This document shows positions 37,800 to 47,901 of a stretch of 64,000 bases of DNA, one piece after another. The notes under the pieces were generated by a model. The model ran no database searches. It was not told the DNA's origin and saw nothing but the letters and a program-made list of their open reading frames with translations. Positions within the stretch are counted from its first letter, which is position 1. Each line of letters begins with the position of its first letter. The translations under genes and the position numbers were made by a program. The stretch is from Acidimicrobiia bacterium (GTDB lineage: Bacteria; Actinomycetota; Acidimicrobiia; UBA2766): assembly GCA_019695375.1 (NCBI GenBank), contig JAIBAC010000001.1, forward strand, positions 25,638 to 89,637, written 5' to 3'.

Positions 37800-38336
37800 A
37801 TGCGCACATCTTCGAAGGTCCTGTCGGTCGGCATCGTGGTCGCGGTGGCCGTGGCACTCGGATCGTGCAGCCGGACGTTCGGCGCCAGGGAGGACGGCAC
37901 CGACGAGAATCCCGGTGACACCACGACCGTGACCACCGCCGCAGCGTCCACGTCGACGAAGGCCCCCACCACGTCTGGCAAGGACAAATCCGAGTCGAAG
38001 ACGACGACCACGTCGAAGCCGGCACAGGGCACCACCGACGACGGCTTCGGCGGCAACCCACCGAGCTTCCCGGCGTTCACCTTCACGGCGACGCGGAACG
38101 CCGACGGGACCGTCACGGTCACAGGCTCCGGATGTGCCGGCGGGAAGGTGTCGCTGTATCCGTCCACGTCGAGCTCAGGCGAGGGCGGCGATCCCTTCTA
38201 CGCCAACCCCGACTCCGCGGGGAACTTCACGGCGACGGCCAAGATCCCAGCGGGTCAGCTGCAGGGGACCTGCTTCGGGGTCGGCACCAGCGGGCAGTCC
38301 CATGTGGGCGGCTCCCACACCGTCACGATCCCGTAG
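37800..38336 (+). CDS. secreted lipoprotein, Thr/Ser-rich, unknown function
   Basis: MRTSSKVLSVGIVVAVAVALGSC lipobox; 178 aa; embedded in long spurious ORF. Confidence 0.6.
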   Translation: MRTSSKVLSVGIVVAVAVALGSCSRTFGAREDGTDENPGDTTTVTTAAASTSTKAPTTSGKDKSESKTTTTSKPAQGTTDDGFGGNPPSFPAFTFTATRNADGTVTVTGSGCAGGKVSLYPSTSSSGEGGDPFYANPDSAGNFTATAKIPAGQLQGTCFGVGTSGQSHVGGSHTVTIP

Positions 38337-38349
38337 CAGAGCACGAGCT

Positions 38350-39234
38350 GTGGGAACCAGGTTCGGGCTCTACCTACCTCAGATGAGGATGGGCTACGAC
38401 ACGATCGTCGAACGCGTTCTCACCGCCGAGAACGCGGGCTTCGACTCGGTGTGGTTCATGGACCACCTGGCACCGCCGATGCTCCCTGCGGCCGACAGCT
38501 TCGAGGGGTGGACGCTGGCCACCGCAGTCGCGGTGCGGACGACGCGCATCCGCGTGGGCCACATGGTTCTCTGCGACGGATTCCGCCATCCGTCACTGCT
38601 CGCGAAGATGGCCGCGACGCTCGACGTCGTGAGCGGCGGACGGCTCGAGCTCGGTATCGGTTGGGGCTCGGTGCCCGTCGAGCTCGCGCGGTTCGGATTC
38701 GGCACCGAGCCCGCCGCGGTGCGCAGCGCGCGGATGGAGGAGACACTCGAGGTCCTGCGGCTTCTCTGGAGTGGAGACGCTGTCGACTTCGACGGCGAGT
38801 TCGTGGCTCTCAGCGGCGCCCAGCAGCGTCCGGTTCCCCTTCAGCAACGGATCCCGGTCCACGTCGGCGGTGCCGCGGACCGCACCATCTCCGTCGCCCG
38901 CCGCCACGCTGACTGGTGGAACTGCCCCGCCACCGACGCCGACCGCTTCCCGGAACTGGCCGCTCTCGTCGGCGACCGCGTCAAGAAGTCGCTGCAGCGG
39001 GTGGTGGGGCTCGCGCCGACGCGCGCCGCACGCGATGACGTGGCGGCGACGGCTCAGCGGCGCTTCGCCGGTTGGCGCGGTGTCACCACCGGCACGCCTG
39101 ACGAGGTCGCGGCCGTGCTGCGTGCCGACGTCGACGCGGGAGCCGACGGCTTCATCATCACGTTCAGCGACTTCGGCGACGTGGCGACTCTCGCGCTCTT
39201 CGCTCGCGAGGTGGCCGCCGCCGTCACACCTTGA
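38350..39234 (+). CDS. LLM-class (luciferase-like) F420-dependent oxidoreductase
   Basis: N-term [12 protein letters not shown]-barrel LLM motifs ([18 protein letters not shown]); GTG start 38350 (alt ATG 38386). Confidence 0.7.
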   Translation: MGTRFGLYLPQMRMGYDTIVERVLTAENAGFDSVWFMDHLAPPMLPAADSFEGWTLATAVAVRTTRIRVGHMVLCDGFRHPSLLAKMAATLDVVSGGRLELGIGWGSVPVELARFGFGTEPAAVRSARMEETLEVLRLLWSGDAVDFDGEFVALSGAQQRPVPLQQRIPVHVGGAADRTISVARRHADWWNCPATDADRFPELAALVGDRVKKSLQRVVGLAPTRAARDDVAATAQRRFAGWRGVTTGTPDEVAAVLRADVDAGADGFIITFSDFGDVATLALFAREVAAAVTP

Positions 39235-39460
39235 TGCCGCGGCGGCGCATGTCGGCGAGGACCTTCTCGATCCCGAGCTTGTCGATCGTGCGCAGGCCCT
39301 TGGTGCTCACCTTGAGGCGCACCCACCGCTTCTCGCTCGGCACCCAGAAGCGGCGCGTGTGGATGTTCGGTACGAAGCGGCGCTTGGTCTTGTTGTGCGC
39401 GTGCGACACGTTGTTGCCCGTGCGGGGGCGCTTGCCCGTTACCTGGCAGACCTTCGACAT
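39224..39460 (-). CDS. rpmB: 50S ribosomal protein L28
   Basis: 78 aa [12 protein letters not shown]...[11 protein letters not shown] matches L28 family. Confidence 0.9.
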   Translation of the reverse strand: MSKVCQVTGKRPRTGNNVSHAHNKTKRRFVPNIHTRRFWVPSEKRWVRLKVSTKGLRTIDKLGIEKVLADMRRRGIKV

Positions 39461-39523
39461 GTGAGCTCCCCGAGGTGGCAGAGGGGGTTCGAGAGCAAGC
39501 GGCGAGTGTAGCAACTCGCCGCG

Positions 39524-40963
39524 CTACCTGGCCTGGCGAGCCTCCCCGGAGCGGTCCAGGAACACGTCGCGAACCGTGACGATGTCGTCGCCGGAGAGGA
39601 TGCCGGAACGCCCCAGGAGCCGGCCCCGCTCCCAGTTCGTGAGCCCGAGCTCGGGGCGCTGCCATGCCCACTGGCCGTCCACCCATCGCGTGAATCCGGC
39701 CCCGACGTAGGGCGCGTCGACCGCGTCGTAGAACTGCTCGAACGCACCCGGGTTCGTCGTGAGGATCGACGCGACGAAGTGCGGGCTGTGGTCGTTGACG
39801 AGCCGAGCGGCTGCCGGCAGCCCGTCGGCGGTCACGAACGCGAGCTCGGGTCGGCCTTCCCACTCGTACTCGCGCGACAGCGACTCGATCGGAATGTCGG
39901 ACGTCCCCGTGGCTGCCACGACCCCACTCGACCCGGCCGCCACGTGCACGACGGCGTCGAGGGACTCGAGCGTCTTGGCGACGACGGGACCGAGGACCTC
40001 GATCGCAGCGGTGTCGAGCACCAGGGTGTTCAACGTGTTGCACACCTTGCGGTCGAGGCTCGCGCTCACCGCGTTCTCGACCGCGGCGGGCGTGGCTGTC
40101 GCATCGACGTACATCCAGGCGCCGCCGGTCCCGTGCAGCGACGCCGGGATACCGTGCTGCTCGGCGATCGAACCCAACAGCGCGACGGTCGGACCCGAGC
40201 CCCGCGCGACCGCGAGCCGCACCTGCGGCAGCGTGAACAGGGCCTGCCCCGCCGCCCGGTCGCGGCTGCGTACGAGGCGCACCGCACCTGCGGGCAACCC
40301 GGCGTGCGCGAGCGCCGGGGCGAGGGCGTGCTGCTCGATCGCCTCGGCCGTGCCGAGGGCATCCCCGCCGATGCGCATCACGGCGGTGTTGCCGTTCCGC
40401 AGCACCCCGACGCCGTCGGCGAAGACGTTGGGCCGTCCTTCGAACACGAACGCGACCACACCGAGGGGCGCGACGCGGCGCTCCAGCACGTAGTCAGGGC
40501 CCTCACGCCGTTCGACGACACGACCCACAGACGATTCGCGACCGGCCCACCCGCGGAGGCCGTCGACCATCGCGGCACGCATCTTGTCGCTCACCGGCAG
40601 GCGGTTCGTGAACCGGCCGGCGGTCCGGGCGCGCTCGACATCGGCTGCGTTCGCGGCTGCGATCACGTCCCACACGGAGTCGTCGTCGAGGAGGGCGGCG
40701 AAACCGTCGAAGAACGCGTCGACGCGGCCCGGCTCCGTCGTCGTCATGGCCGCGAACGCGGCATGGGCGTCGTCAACGGCCGCGGTCGCTGCACGGCGGG
40801 CCGCCTCCCCCACGACCAGGAGATCACCGGTGCGGGCGACGGCAACCACCCGGTCACCCGGAACCGTCTCGGGCATCGGCACGACCCAGTCCCCCACGAC
40901 CACGGGCGTGCCCGCCGCCACCTCGGTGAAGCGCCTGCGGTCCGTGTCGATCTCGCTGTCCAT
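39524..40963 (-). CDS. proA: glutamate-5-semialdehyde dehydrogenase (gamma-glutamyl phosphate reductase) with ~60 aa N-terminal extension
   Basis: ProA motifs (FEGRPNVFADG, KVCNTLNTLV); start ATG 40963. Confidence 0.75.
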   Translation of the reverse strand: MDSEIDTDRRRFTEVAAGTPVVVGDWVVPMPETVPGDRVVAVARTGDLLVVGEAARRAATAAVDDAHAAFAAMTTTEPGRVDAFFDGFAALLDDDSVWDVIAAANAADVERARTAGRFTNRLPVSDKMRAAMVDGLRGWAGRESSVGRVVERREGPDYVLERRVAPLGVVAFVFEGRPNVFADGVGVLRNGNTAVMRIGGDALGTAEAIEQHALAPALAHAGLPAGAVRLVRSRDRAAGQALFTLPQVRLAVARGSGPTVALLGSIAEQHGIPASLHGTGGAWMYVDATATPAAVENAVSASLDRKVCNTLNTLVLDTAAIEVLGPVVAKTLESLDAVVHVAAGSSGVVAATGTSDIPIESLSREYEWEGRPELAFVTADGLPAAARLVNDHSPHFVASILTTNPGAFEQFYDAVDAPYVGAGFTRWVDGQWAWQRPELGLTNWERGRLLGRSGILSGDDIVTVRDVFLDRSGEARQAR

Positions 40964-41054
40964 GACGCAAGGATGGCCTACACCGAGGGAACGAAGAAAG
41001 GCATTCCGCCGCCGGCAGGCGGGCGGTGTCGTGCCCGCGATAGCTTGACCGGCC

Positions 41055-41561
41055 ATGTACGAGCTACGCCCGGAAGGGCTGGACTTCCTCGGGTCCGCTC
41101 CCGTGATCCACGTGTTCGAGGGAGACGTCGCCGCCCCGCGCAAGGCGGTGTTCGCTCTCGTCGCCGACACCGCTTCGTGGGCGCAGTGGTTCCCGGGGTT
41201 CAGACGCGGGTCCTACGGTGCGCCACCCGAGACCGGTACCCAGGTGGGCATGCCGCGTTCGATCGTCATCGGCCCCGGCGTCCGCATCGAGGAACACGTG
41301 GCGGCGTGGGACGAGCCCGAGCGATATGCCTACGGCGTCGAGCGCACCTCGGTGCCGATGGCGAACGCGCTCGTGGAGGCATGGGACCTCACCGAGATCG
41401 ACGTGCCCGGCTCCCCGGGCGGCGGCACCCGTGTCAAGTGGACCTTCGCCATCGATCCGAAATGGCCGATGCGCCTCACCACGCCGCTCGCCCCACCCGT
41501 CCTCGGGTTCCTGTTCCGCAAGGCGCTGCGCAAGCTCGAGGCCGCCGCACAAGCTGGCTGA
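41055..41561 (+). CDS. SRPBCC-family (polyketide cyclase/START-like) protein
   Basis: 168 aa; fold-typical pattern, no catalytic motif assignable. Confidence 0.5.
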   Translation: MYELRPEGLDFLGSAPVIHVFEGDVAAPRKAVFALVADTASWAQWFPGFRRGSYGAPPETGTQVGMPRSIVIGPGVRIEEHVAAWDEPERYAYGVERTSVPMANALVEAWDLTEIDVPGSPGGGTRVKWTFAIDPKWPMRLTTPLAPPVLGFLFRKALRKLEAAAQAG

Positions 41562-41909
41562 ACCGGCTCGGCGGCATGGCCACCAGGGTTGCCGGCTCAG
41601 CCCCGACGGACCGCGGTCAAGCTCACCGAGCGTGGTGTCGAAAGAGTGGGTGAGGGCCGCCGGCCCGCAGAACCCCGAGACGAGACACGGACGCTTCGAG
41701 TTCCGGTGAGCACCCAAGAGCACAGAGTCGCATCGGCATCCAGCTGGCGCCAGGACCCCGGCCCCGGCCACGCCCGCATGATCCTGCGTCCCTTCGGGGG
41801 CTCGCCTCTGCGCCAGCGCGGCCACATCCGTCCGCGCCGCCGGCCGAGTCGTACGCTCCGGCGTGGCCGCACCCACCGCCGCTGACCGACGACCACTCGA
41901 TGGCGGCGC

Positions 41910-42668
41910 TCAGCCGGTCAGCTCCCGTGCACGTGTGAACACGTCGTCGAGCATCGACTCGGTGAGGCGCCGCGTGAAGGTGTTCTGCTGGCTCGGGTGG
42001 TAGCAGCCCAGCAGCGTGATCCCGCCGACTGCGACCTCGGCACCGTGACCGAATCGGGGCTTGGGCCGCACGGGCCCGAACAACGCGAGCGCTCCGTCCC
42101 ACGCGAACGTGCCGAGCGCCACGACCACGGACACGTCGACGAGGAGATCGACCTCCGTCCGCAGCCACGGACGGCAGTTGTCGCGTTCGACGGGGGTCGG
42201 CTTGTTCTGAGGTGGAGCGCAGCGGACCGATGCGGTCACGAACGCCCCGTCGAGGCGCAGGCCGTCGCCACGGTGGGTCGACTCCGCCTGGTTGGCCCAT
42301 CCGCATCTGTACATCGACGCGAACAACCAGTCGCCCGAGCGGTCACCGGTGAAGATGCGGCCGGTGCGGTTGGCGCCGTGAGCGGCCGGGGCGAGGCCGA
42401 GGACGAGCAGCCGTGCGCCGGGGTCGCCGAAACCAGGTACCGGCCGGCCCCAGTAGTCCCAGTCACGGAACGCGGCGCGCTTGTGCTGAGCGACCTCCTC
42501 GCGCCACGCCACGAGCCGCGGGCAGCGCCGGCACCCGATCAGCTCGGCCTCGAGTCGCTCCAGTGCGGCCTCGCGCCCGTCCTCGCGTCCGGATAGGTCC
42601 ACGAGGCGACGGTAGCCGCGCGGCAGACCGCGGGCGGCGGGGCGGCGATCGGTACCGACGGCTGCCAC
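41910..42668 (-). CDS. family-4 uracil-DNA glycosylase (Fe-S cluster type)
   Basis: [19 protein letters not shown] motif (GEAPG-like) and Cys ligands (CRRCPRL...). Confidence 0.8.
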   Translation of the reverse strand: MAAVGTDRRPAARGLPRGYRRLVDLSGREDGREAALERLEAELIGCRRCPRLVAWREEVAQHKRAAFRDWDYWGRPVPGFGDPGARLLVLGLAPAAHGANRTGRIFTGDRSGDWLFASMYRCGWANQAESTHRGDGLRLDGAFVTASVRCAPPQNKPTPVERDNCRPWLRTEVDLLVDVSVVVALGTFAWDGALALFGPVRPKPRFGHGAEVAVGGITLLGCYHPSQQNTFTRRLTESMLDDVFTRARELTG

Positions 42669-42706
42669 TACGCTGCAACCGGTAGCCGCCGTCGCACGAG
42701 AGCTGC

Positions 42707-43918
42707 ATGATCGTCATCGCGCCCGAGATCAGTGCCGTGAGCGACACGGCCATCACGATCTGCTGCGCGACCGCCGACGACGATTCGCACCCTCGCCCCC
42801 ATGACGTCGAGGTCGTGCTCAAGCCGGCGGAGGGCGGACCGGCGCGGCGCGTGCACCTACCCGCAGACGAGGCCGACCCCGAGTCCGGCCTGCGGCAGGT
42901 GACGATCGACGGCCTCGAACCGGGCACCGACTACGAGGTGGACATCCACGGCAACGGCCACACCGCCCTGCCCGACCTCGTGTTCTTCCCGAACGAAGTG
43001 CGCACCCTCGACAGCCCGCCCGGCGAGCGCATCTGCACCATCGCGACCGTGTCGGACCTGCACTTCGGCGAGGAGGTGTGCGGGCTCGGGCCGAGCGGAC
43101 GCGAGACGCCGGTGTTCCGGGCCCGCGACGAGGACCCGCCCTACTGGCACTACATGAACCACGCCATCGTCGACGAGATCGCGAAGGCAGGCGTTGATGC
43201 CGTGGTGGTCAAGGGCGACATCACCGGTGACGGCCACGCGCACGAGTTCGAGTCGGCGCGGGAGGCCTTCGACCGCCTTCCCATGCCGTGGCACTCGGTC
43301 ATGGGGAACCACGACCGCATGCAGGACGGCGTCGACGGTTTCGCCCTGCTGGGTCAGCCCGACGACCCCGCCCGCGCCGTCGACGTCGACGGTGTCCGTC
43401 TCGTGCTCGTCGACACCGTCGACCCCGGACGCGATGGCGGCACGCTGCCACCCGATCGCCGCGGCGCCCTCGCCGACGTCCTCGCCGACGGCCACGGAGC
43501 TCCCACGCTCGCGTTCGCGCATCACTACACGTCGTCACCCAAGAAGCGCACGAAGAAGGCGTTCGGCCTGAGCCGCCCCGACTCCGAGGCCCTCCTCTCC
43601 ATGCTCGCCGCCCACCCCGAGGTCGGCGGCTTCTTCGCGGGTCACACGCACCGCAACCGCGTCCGCCGCTTCGCCGAGACGGGCGCGATGCCACACGGGG
43701 AGGTGTGCGCCACGAAGGACTACCCGGGCGCATGGGCGTCGTACCGCGTACACGAGGGCGGCTACGTGCAGCAGGTGCACCGATGTGGCGCGCCGCGCGC
43801 CCTCGCGTGGTCGCACAGGGCCAAGGACATGTACTTCGGGTTGTACCGCGCCTACGCGATCGGGACTCTCGCCGAACGCTGCTTCAGCTACCGCTGGGAC
43901 GCTCGCGACCGCGGCTGA
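42707..43918 (+). CDS. metallophosphoesterase (calcineurin-like, purple-acid-phosphatase-type) with N-terminal beta-sandwich domain
   Basis: GDxxxD/GNHD/GHxH motifs ([23 protein letters not shown]). Confidence 0.7.
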   Translation: MIVIAPEISAVSDTAITICCATADDDSHPRPHDVEVVLKPAEGGPARRVHLPADEADPESGLRQVTIDGLEPGTDYEVDIHGNGHTALPDLVFFPNEVRTLDSPPGERICTIATVSDLHFGEEVCGLGPSGRETPVFRARDEDPPYWHYMNHAIVDEIAKAGVDAVVVKGDITGDGHAHEFESAREAFDRLPMPWHSVMGNHDRMQDGVDGFALLGQPDDPARAVDVDGVRLVLVDTVDPGRDGGTLPPDRRGALADVLADGHGAPTLAFAHHYTSSPKKRTKKAFGLSRPDSEALLSMLAAHPEVGGFFAGHTHRNRVRRFAETGAMPHGEVCATKDYPGAWASYRVHEGGYVQQVHRCGAPRALAWSHRAKDMYFGLYRAYAIGTLAERCFSYRWDARDRG

Positions 43919-44710
43919 TCAGGCGTCGAGCGCTTCGCGGGCCATGGCGGGGTCGTCGGTGATCACCGCCGCCACCCCCGCTCGTGCGACGCCGGCGACA
44001 GCGGCGGCGTCGTTGAGGGTCCACGGTGCGACCCAGCATCCTGCCTCGCGCGCCGCGGACACGACTTCGGCTGCCCCGGCCGCCTCCAACGTCACGAGGT
44101 CCGGGTGGAGTCCGCGGCAGCCCGCGTCGACTGCAGCCGGCAGCGCCTCCGACGGTGCCCAACCGAGCGTGAGCAGCGCGACGGCGACCTCGGGCGCAGC
44201 CGCCACCGCGGCCCGCGCGAAGTCGATCGAGAACGACGACAGGAAGACACGGTCGGTCTCACCACGTGCGGCCACGAGGCGGGCGACGTCGCCGGCGAGG
44301 AGGGCGTCGTCGGCCTCGGCCTTGATCTCGACGTTGACCACCAGGCCTGCACCAGCGGCGAAGTCGAGGACGGATTCGAGGACCGGGACACCCACACCGC
44401 GGCCGCGGAAGGGGTGGTCGCCCGCGGGGCCGGCGAACGCCCAGCCTGCGTCCACGTTCGCGAGCCGGCTCGCCGTGGTCTCGGACACGCGCCCCGTCAC
44501 CCCTGTCGTGCGCTCCAGGGTCGGGTCGTGGATGACGACGATCGCACCGTCGGAGCTGCGGTGCACGTCGAGCTCGAAGCCGTCGGCACCGGCCGCCGCG
44601 GCCGCCTCGAAGCCGGCCATCGTGTTCTCCGGCGCCAGGCGGGGTGCACCGCGGTGCCCGACCACGAGCGGCCGCCCATACCCGTTGAGCAGGGCAAACA
44701 TGGACGACAA
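43919..44710 (-). CDS. glycerophosphodiester phosphodiesterase
   Basis: VVGHRGAP...ENTMAGF, ELDVH motifs of GDPD family. Confidence 0.8.
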   Translation of the reverse strand: MSSMFALLNGYGRPLVVGHRGAPRLAPENTMAGFEAAAAAGADGFELDVHRSSDGAIVVIHDPTLERTTGVTGRVSETTASRLANVDAGWAFAGPAGDHPFRGRGVGVPVLESVLDFAAGAGLVVNVEIKAEADDALLAGDVARLVAARGETDRVFLSSFSIDFARAAVAAAPEVAVALLTLGWAPSEALPAAVDAGCRGLHPDLVTLEAAGAAEVVSAAREAGCWVAPWTLNDAAAVAGVARAGVAAVITDDPAMAREALDA

Positions 44711-44850
44711 GCTACATCAACGGGGTTCGTGGGGCTCGCGGGCAGGATCTCGTGCGCGCGCTTGCGAAAGTTCACGAAGCGTTGACACTGGCGTCACCCG
44801 GCACTACGATCCCCAATGTTGCGCTCCACCCCACCAGGTGGCCACTGCCT

Positions 44851-44866
44851 TGTGAACGTTCTCACA
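44851..44866. promoter_or_regulatory. perfect CRP/Cmr-type binding site TGTGA-N6-TCACA
   Basis: TGTGAACGTTCTCACA ~78 bp upstream of whiB TTG start in a lower-GC promoter region. Confidence 0.6.
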
Positions 44867-44943
44867 ATCACAAGAGAGCAATTTCCCCTCACAAGGCCCA
44901 CCAAGACAATCCGGGGGGCAGGACAACCAGGAGGGCGGGTCCC

Positions 44944-45246
44944 TTGCAGACCTTGAACCGTTCAATTCAGGACCACGACGTCGTCGAGGAGCGCGAGTGG
45001 CGCGACTTCGCCGCTTGCCGTGACACAGACCCCGATCTCTTCTTCCCGGTCGGCACGACCGGAGTCGCGCTCGAGCAGATCAAGGCGTCCAAGCGCATCT
45101 GCAAGACGTGCGAGGTCCGTGCGGAGTGCCTTCAGTTCGCTCTGGCCACCAACCAGGAGTCGGGCGTCTGGGGTGGCACGAGCGAGGAGGAGCGCCGTGC
45201 GCTGCGCAAGTCCTGGCTCGCTCGCCAGCAGCGCCGCTCGGCCTGA
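44944..45246 (+). CDS. whiB1: WhiB-family Fe-S transcription factor (WhiB1-like)
   Basis: Cys pattern C-x24-C-x2-C-x5-C, FFPVG, GVWGG, ERRAL motifs; TTG start 9 nt after AGGAGG. Confidence 0.8.
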   Translation: MQTLNRSIQDHDVVEEREWRDFAACRDTDPDLFFPVGTTGVALEQIKASKRICKTCEVRAECLQFALATNQESGVWGGTSEEERRALRKSWLARQQRRSA

Positions 45247-45256
45247 GCTCCCACCT

Positions 45257-46786
45257 CTAGAGGCCTGACGCCCCCTCGAAGCCGTCGTCGACCGGGTCGA
45301 CCGCCAGCGCGTCGACCTGGGGGCTGAACGGCACGGGGAACGTCAACGTCACGCACCCCCCGGCGGCCTCGGCGCCGGCGCGGACGTCCATCTCCCCGTT
45401 GAGCTCGCCTGCGACGAGCGTTCGGACGATCTTGAGCCCGAGGCCGCCCTGGCCCTCCAGCTCGAAGCCGTCGGGGAACCCGCTGCCGTTGTCCTCGACC
45501 TCGACGCGCATCCAGCCGTCCTCGCGGCGCAGGCGAACCCGCACCCACCACGGCGCCACCTCGTCCTCGTCGCTGTCGAGGCCGGCGAAGCCGTGTTCGA
45601 CGGCGTTCTGCAGCAACTCGGTCAACACGACCGCGAGCGGCGTCGCCACCTCGGCGGGCAGGATCCCCGCCTCACCGTCGATCGCGAAGCGGATGCGACG
45701 CTCCCCGACGAGGCCTTCCTCGACGTCGCGCAGCAGCGGGTACAGGATGCTGTTGAACGGCAGCCAACCTCCTGCCTCCCGCGAGAGCATCTCGTGGACG
45801 AGCGCGATCGAGCGGATGCGGCGCACCGACTGCGCGAGCGCCTCCTGCGCCTCGTCGGAGTCCGTGCGCCGCGCCTGGAGCTGCAGCAGCGACGCGATGG
45901 TCTGCAGGTTGTTCTTCACCCGGTGGTGGATCTCCCTGATCGCCGCCTCCTTCGAGAGGAGGAGGCGGTCGCGGCGACGCAGCTCGGACACGTCACGCAC
46001 GAGCACGAGGCAGCCCGTCGACTGCCCGCCACGGATCAGGGGCAGGCCGAGCACGAGGATCGAGACGTCACCGTCCTCGAACTCGTCGCTCGCGGGCACG
46101 CCTGTCGCGACCGCCGAGTGCACGGCCGTGTCCGACACCCCCAGCTCCCGAAAAGTCACGTCGTCCATCGAACCGAACACGCCGAGACGGTGGAACGCGC
46201 TCGTCGCGTTCGGCGAACGGAACTTGATGCGCAGGTCGGCATCGAGGCGCACGAAGCCGTCACCGGCACGGACGGTGTCGGTGAGCACCGGCCCGCCGCT
46301 GCGGTACGGGAACGTGCCCTCGGAGATCATGATCGCCATGTCGCGCCCGGCGTCGGCGTAGGCCCTTTCCTGTGGGCTGGCGCGGCGCCGGTCCTCCCGC
46401 CAGCGCTCGTGTGAGAGAACCGCGACGAGAACGCCGTCGCGACGCACCGGGACCGCGTAGACGTCGATCGGACTGGGCCGGTGAGGCGGCGTCATCACCC
46501 CGACGGTCATCTCGCCGGTCTCCCACGCCTTCGCGACCCAGGGCCGTTCGTCAGGGTCGTACATGCGCCCGACGGGGTCCTCGAGGTAGGTGGTCTCGCT
46601 GTTGGTGGGCCGCTGGTGCGCGAGGACCACGAACGCGTCGCTCTCGGCTGCGGGCACGAACAGGAGGAGATCGGAGAAGTGCAGGTCGGCGAGCAGCTCC
46701 CACTCGGCGACGAGGTGCTGGAGATGGGAGATGTGGTACGGCGGCAGCCGGACGTGCTGACGTACGAGCTCGGCGATCGTGGACAC
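45257..46786 (-). CDS. pdtaS: sensor histidine kinase PdtaS-like (GAF-PAS-HisKA_2-HATPase)
   Basis: EIHHRVKNNLQ HisKA_2 motif, N-term STIAELVRQHVRLPP like PdtaS; GTG start 46786. Confidence 0.8.
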   Translation of the reverse strand: MSTIAELVRQHVRLPPYHISHLQHLVAEWELLADLHFSDLLLFVPAAESDAFVVLAHQRPTNSETTYLEDPVGRMYDPDERPWVAKAWETGEMTVGVMTPPHRPSPIDVYAVPVRRDGVLVAVLSHERWREDRRRASPQERAYADAGRDMAIMISEGTFPYRSGGPVLTDTVRAGDGFVRLDADLRIKFRSPNATSAFHRLGVFGSMDDVTFRELGVSDTAVHSAVATGVPASDEFEDGDVSILVLGLPLIRGGQSTGCLVLVRDVSELRRRDRLLLSKEAAIREIHHRVKNNLQTIASLLQLQARRTDSDEAQEALAQSVRRIRSIALVHEMLSREAGGWLPFNSILYPLLRDVEEGLVGERRIRFAIDGEAGILPAEVATPLAVVLTELLQNAVEHGFAGLDSDEDEVAPWWVRVRLRREDGWMRVEVEDNGSGFPDGFELEGQGGLGLKIVRTLVAGELNGEMDVRAGAEAAGGCVTLTFPVPFSPQVDALAVDPVDDGFEGASGL

Positions 46787-46898
46787 GCGCGGATCGTACC
46801 CGCGCCCGCACTCCTTTCGGCTGTGGTGCGGCCCGTGGCCTGCCGATGAGTCAGTCGTGGAGCACGAGGAGTCACAGGCAGGTCCTCCGGGACGGACG

Positions 46899-47744
46899 AT
46901 GATGGTGGTGGGTGCTCCGCCATCGGTGGCCGAGGTCGTGGACGACCGATGCAGGTCGCGGGCGGTCGTCGTGCGGCGCCGCCCGGCGACGGCGCTGGAC
47001 TGCGAGCGCGATCTAGACTTCGACGCCCCGTCGGTCCTCGTGCTCGGTGACTTCTTCGGTTCCGAGCCTGCGGCTCTGGTGCGACGGCTCAAGGCACCTC
47101 CGCACCGGGCGTTCCTGCCCGTGCTGGCGCTCGTCGACGGACCCGATCAGCGCCGTGACGTGTGGGCAGCAGGTGCTGACCTCGCACTCGAGCTGCCGTG
47201 TGCCGCCGACGACGTAGCGGCCGCCGTGGACGGACTTCTCGGCCGGTGCGAGCAGATAGAGCGTCAGCTCGGGGTCGACCTCGCCACCGGACTTCTCGCC
47301 CAGGAGGCCTTCCGCGACCGCCTCGACGAGGCGATCCGTTTCGTGCGCCGCTACCACGTGCCTGGCTGCGCAGGGGTGCTCGCCCTCGCGCCCGCCGACA
47401 CCCCACCCGCAGGTATGGCCGTGCCGTACACGTTGCGGTGGGCGGCATCGATCGCACGCGCATCGATGCGCGAGGTCGACGCTCTCGGTGTCGCAGGCAC
47501 CGACGCCATCGGCGCCGTGATGCTCGGCACGACGCTCGGCGGCGGGATCGTGGCGATGCGCCGCCTCCTCGAGCACATCCAGACCGCCACGGGCGCCGCG
47601 CACGAGGGCCTCCCACGCTTGACCCCCGCCACGGCGGCGGTGACGTCGTTCGGGAACTCCGGTGTCGAGCGCCTCATGGAGCGGTTCCACCGTTCGATCT
47701 CGTGCGCCCGCGAGCGGGAGCCGGGCACTCTCGTGATCCTCTGA
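46899..47744 (+). CDS. pseudo-receiver plus degenerate GGDEF-like domain protein (paralog 1)
   Basis: Domain order and motifs parallel to downstream paralog; GGDEF position reads GTDAI. Confidence 0.5.
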   Translation: MMVVGAPPSVAEVVDDRCRSRAVVVRRRPATALDCERDLDFDAPSVLVLGDFFGSEPAALVRRLKAPPHRAFLPVLALVDGPDQRRDVWAAGADLALELPCAADDVAAAVDGLLGRCEQIERQLGVDLATGLLAQEAFRDRLDEAIRFVRRYHVPGCAGVLALAPADTPPAGMAVPYTLRWAASIARASMREVDALGVAGTDAIGAVMLGTTLGGGIVAMRRLLEHIQTATGAAHEGLPRLTPATAAVTSFGNSGVERLMERFHRSISCAREREPGTLVIL

Positions 47745-47901
47745 CGGCGCAAGCGGCTGCAGGCCGCGCGGCCGTTGCCGGAACGGCGCTAGGGTCGTGC
47801 TACGGGGACCGAAGTTCGTCATCCGCTCAAGGACGCCGCCGAAGTGGCGATCATCTTGGGAGACGCGAAGACCGGTCGACCGACCGGGGGAAGAGGATCG
47901 A

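Noticed and set aside
41562-41909. ~350-bp gap between convergent SRPBCC and UDG genes with small ORFs (41589..41885 etc.)
   Set aside because: The ORFs have no coding bias or motifs and overlap each other on both strands. A small RNA is possible but no structure or motif was recognisable by eye.
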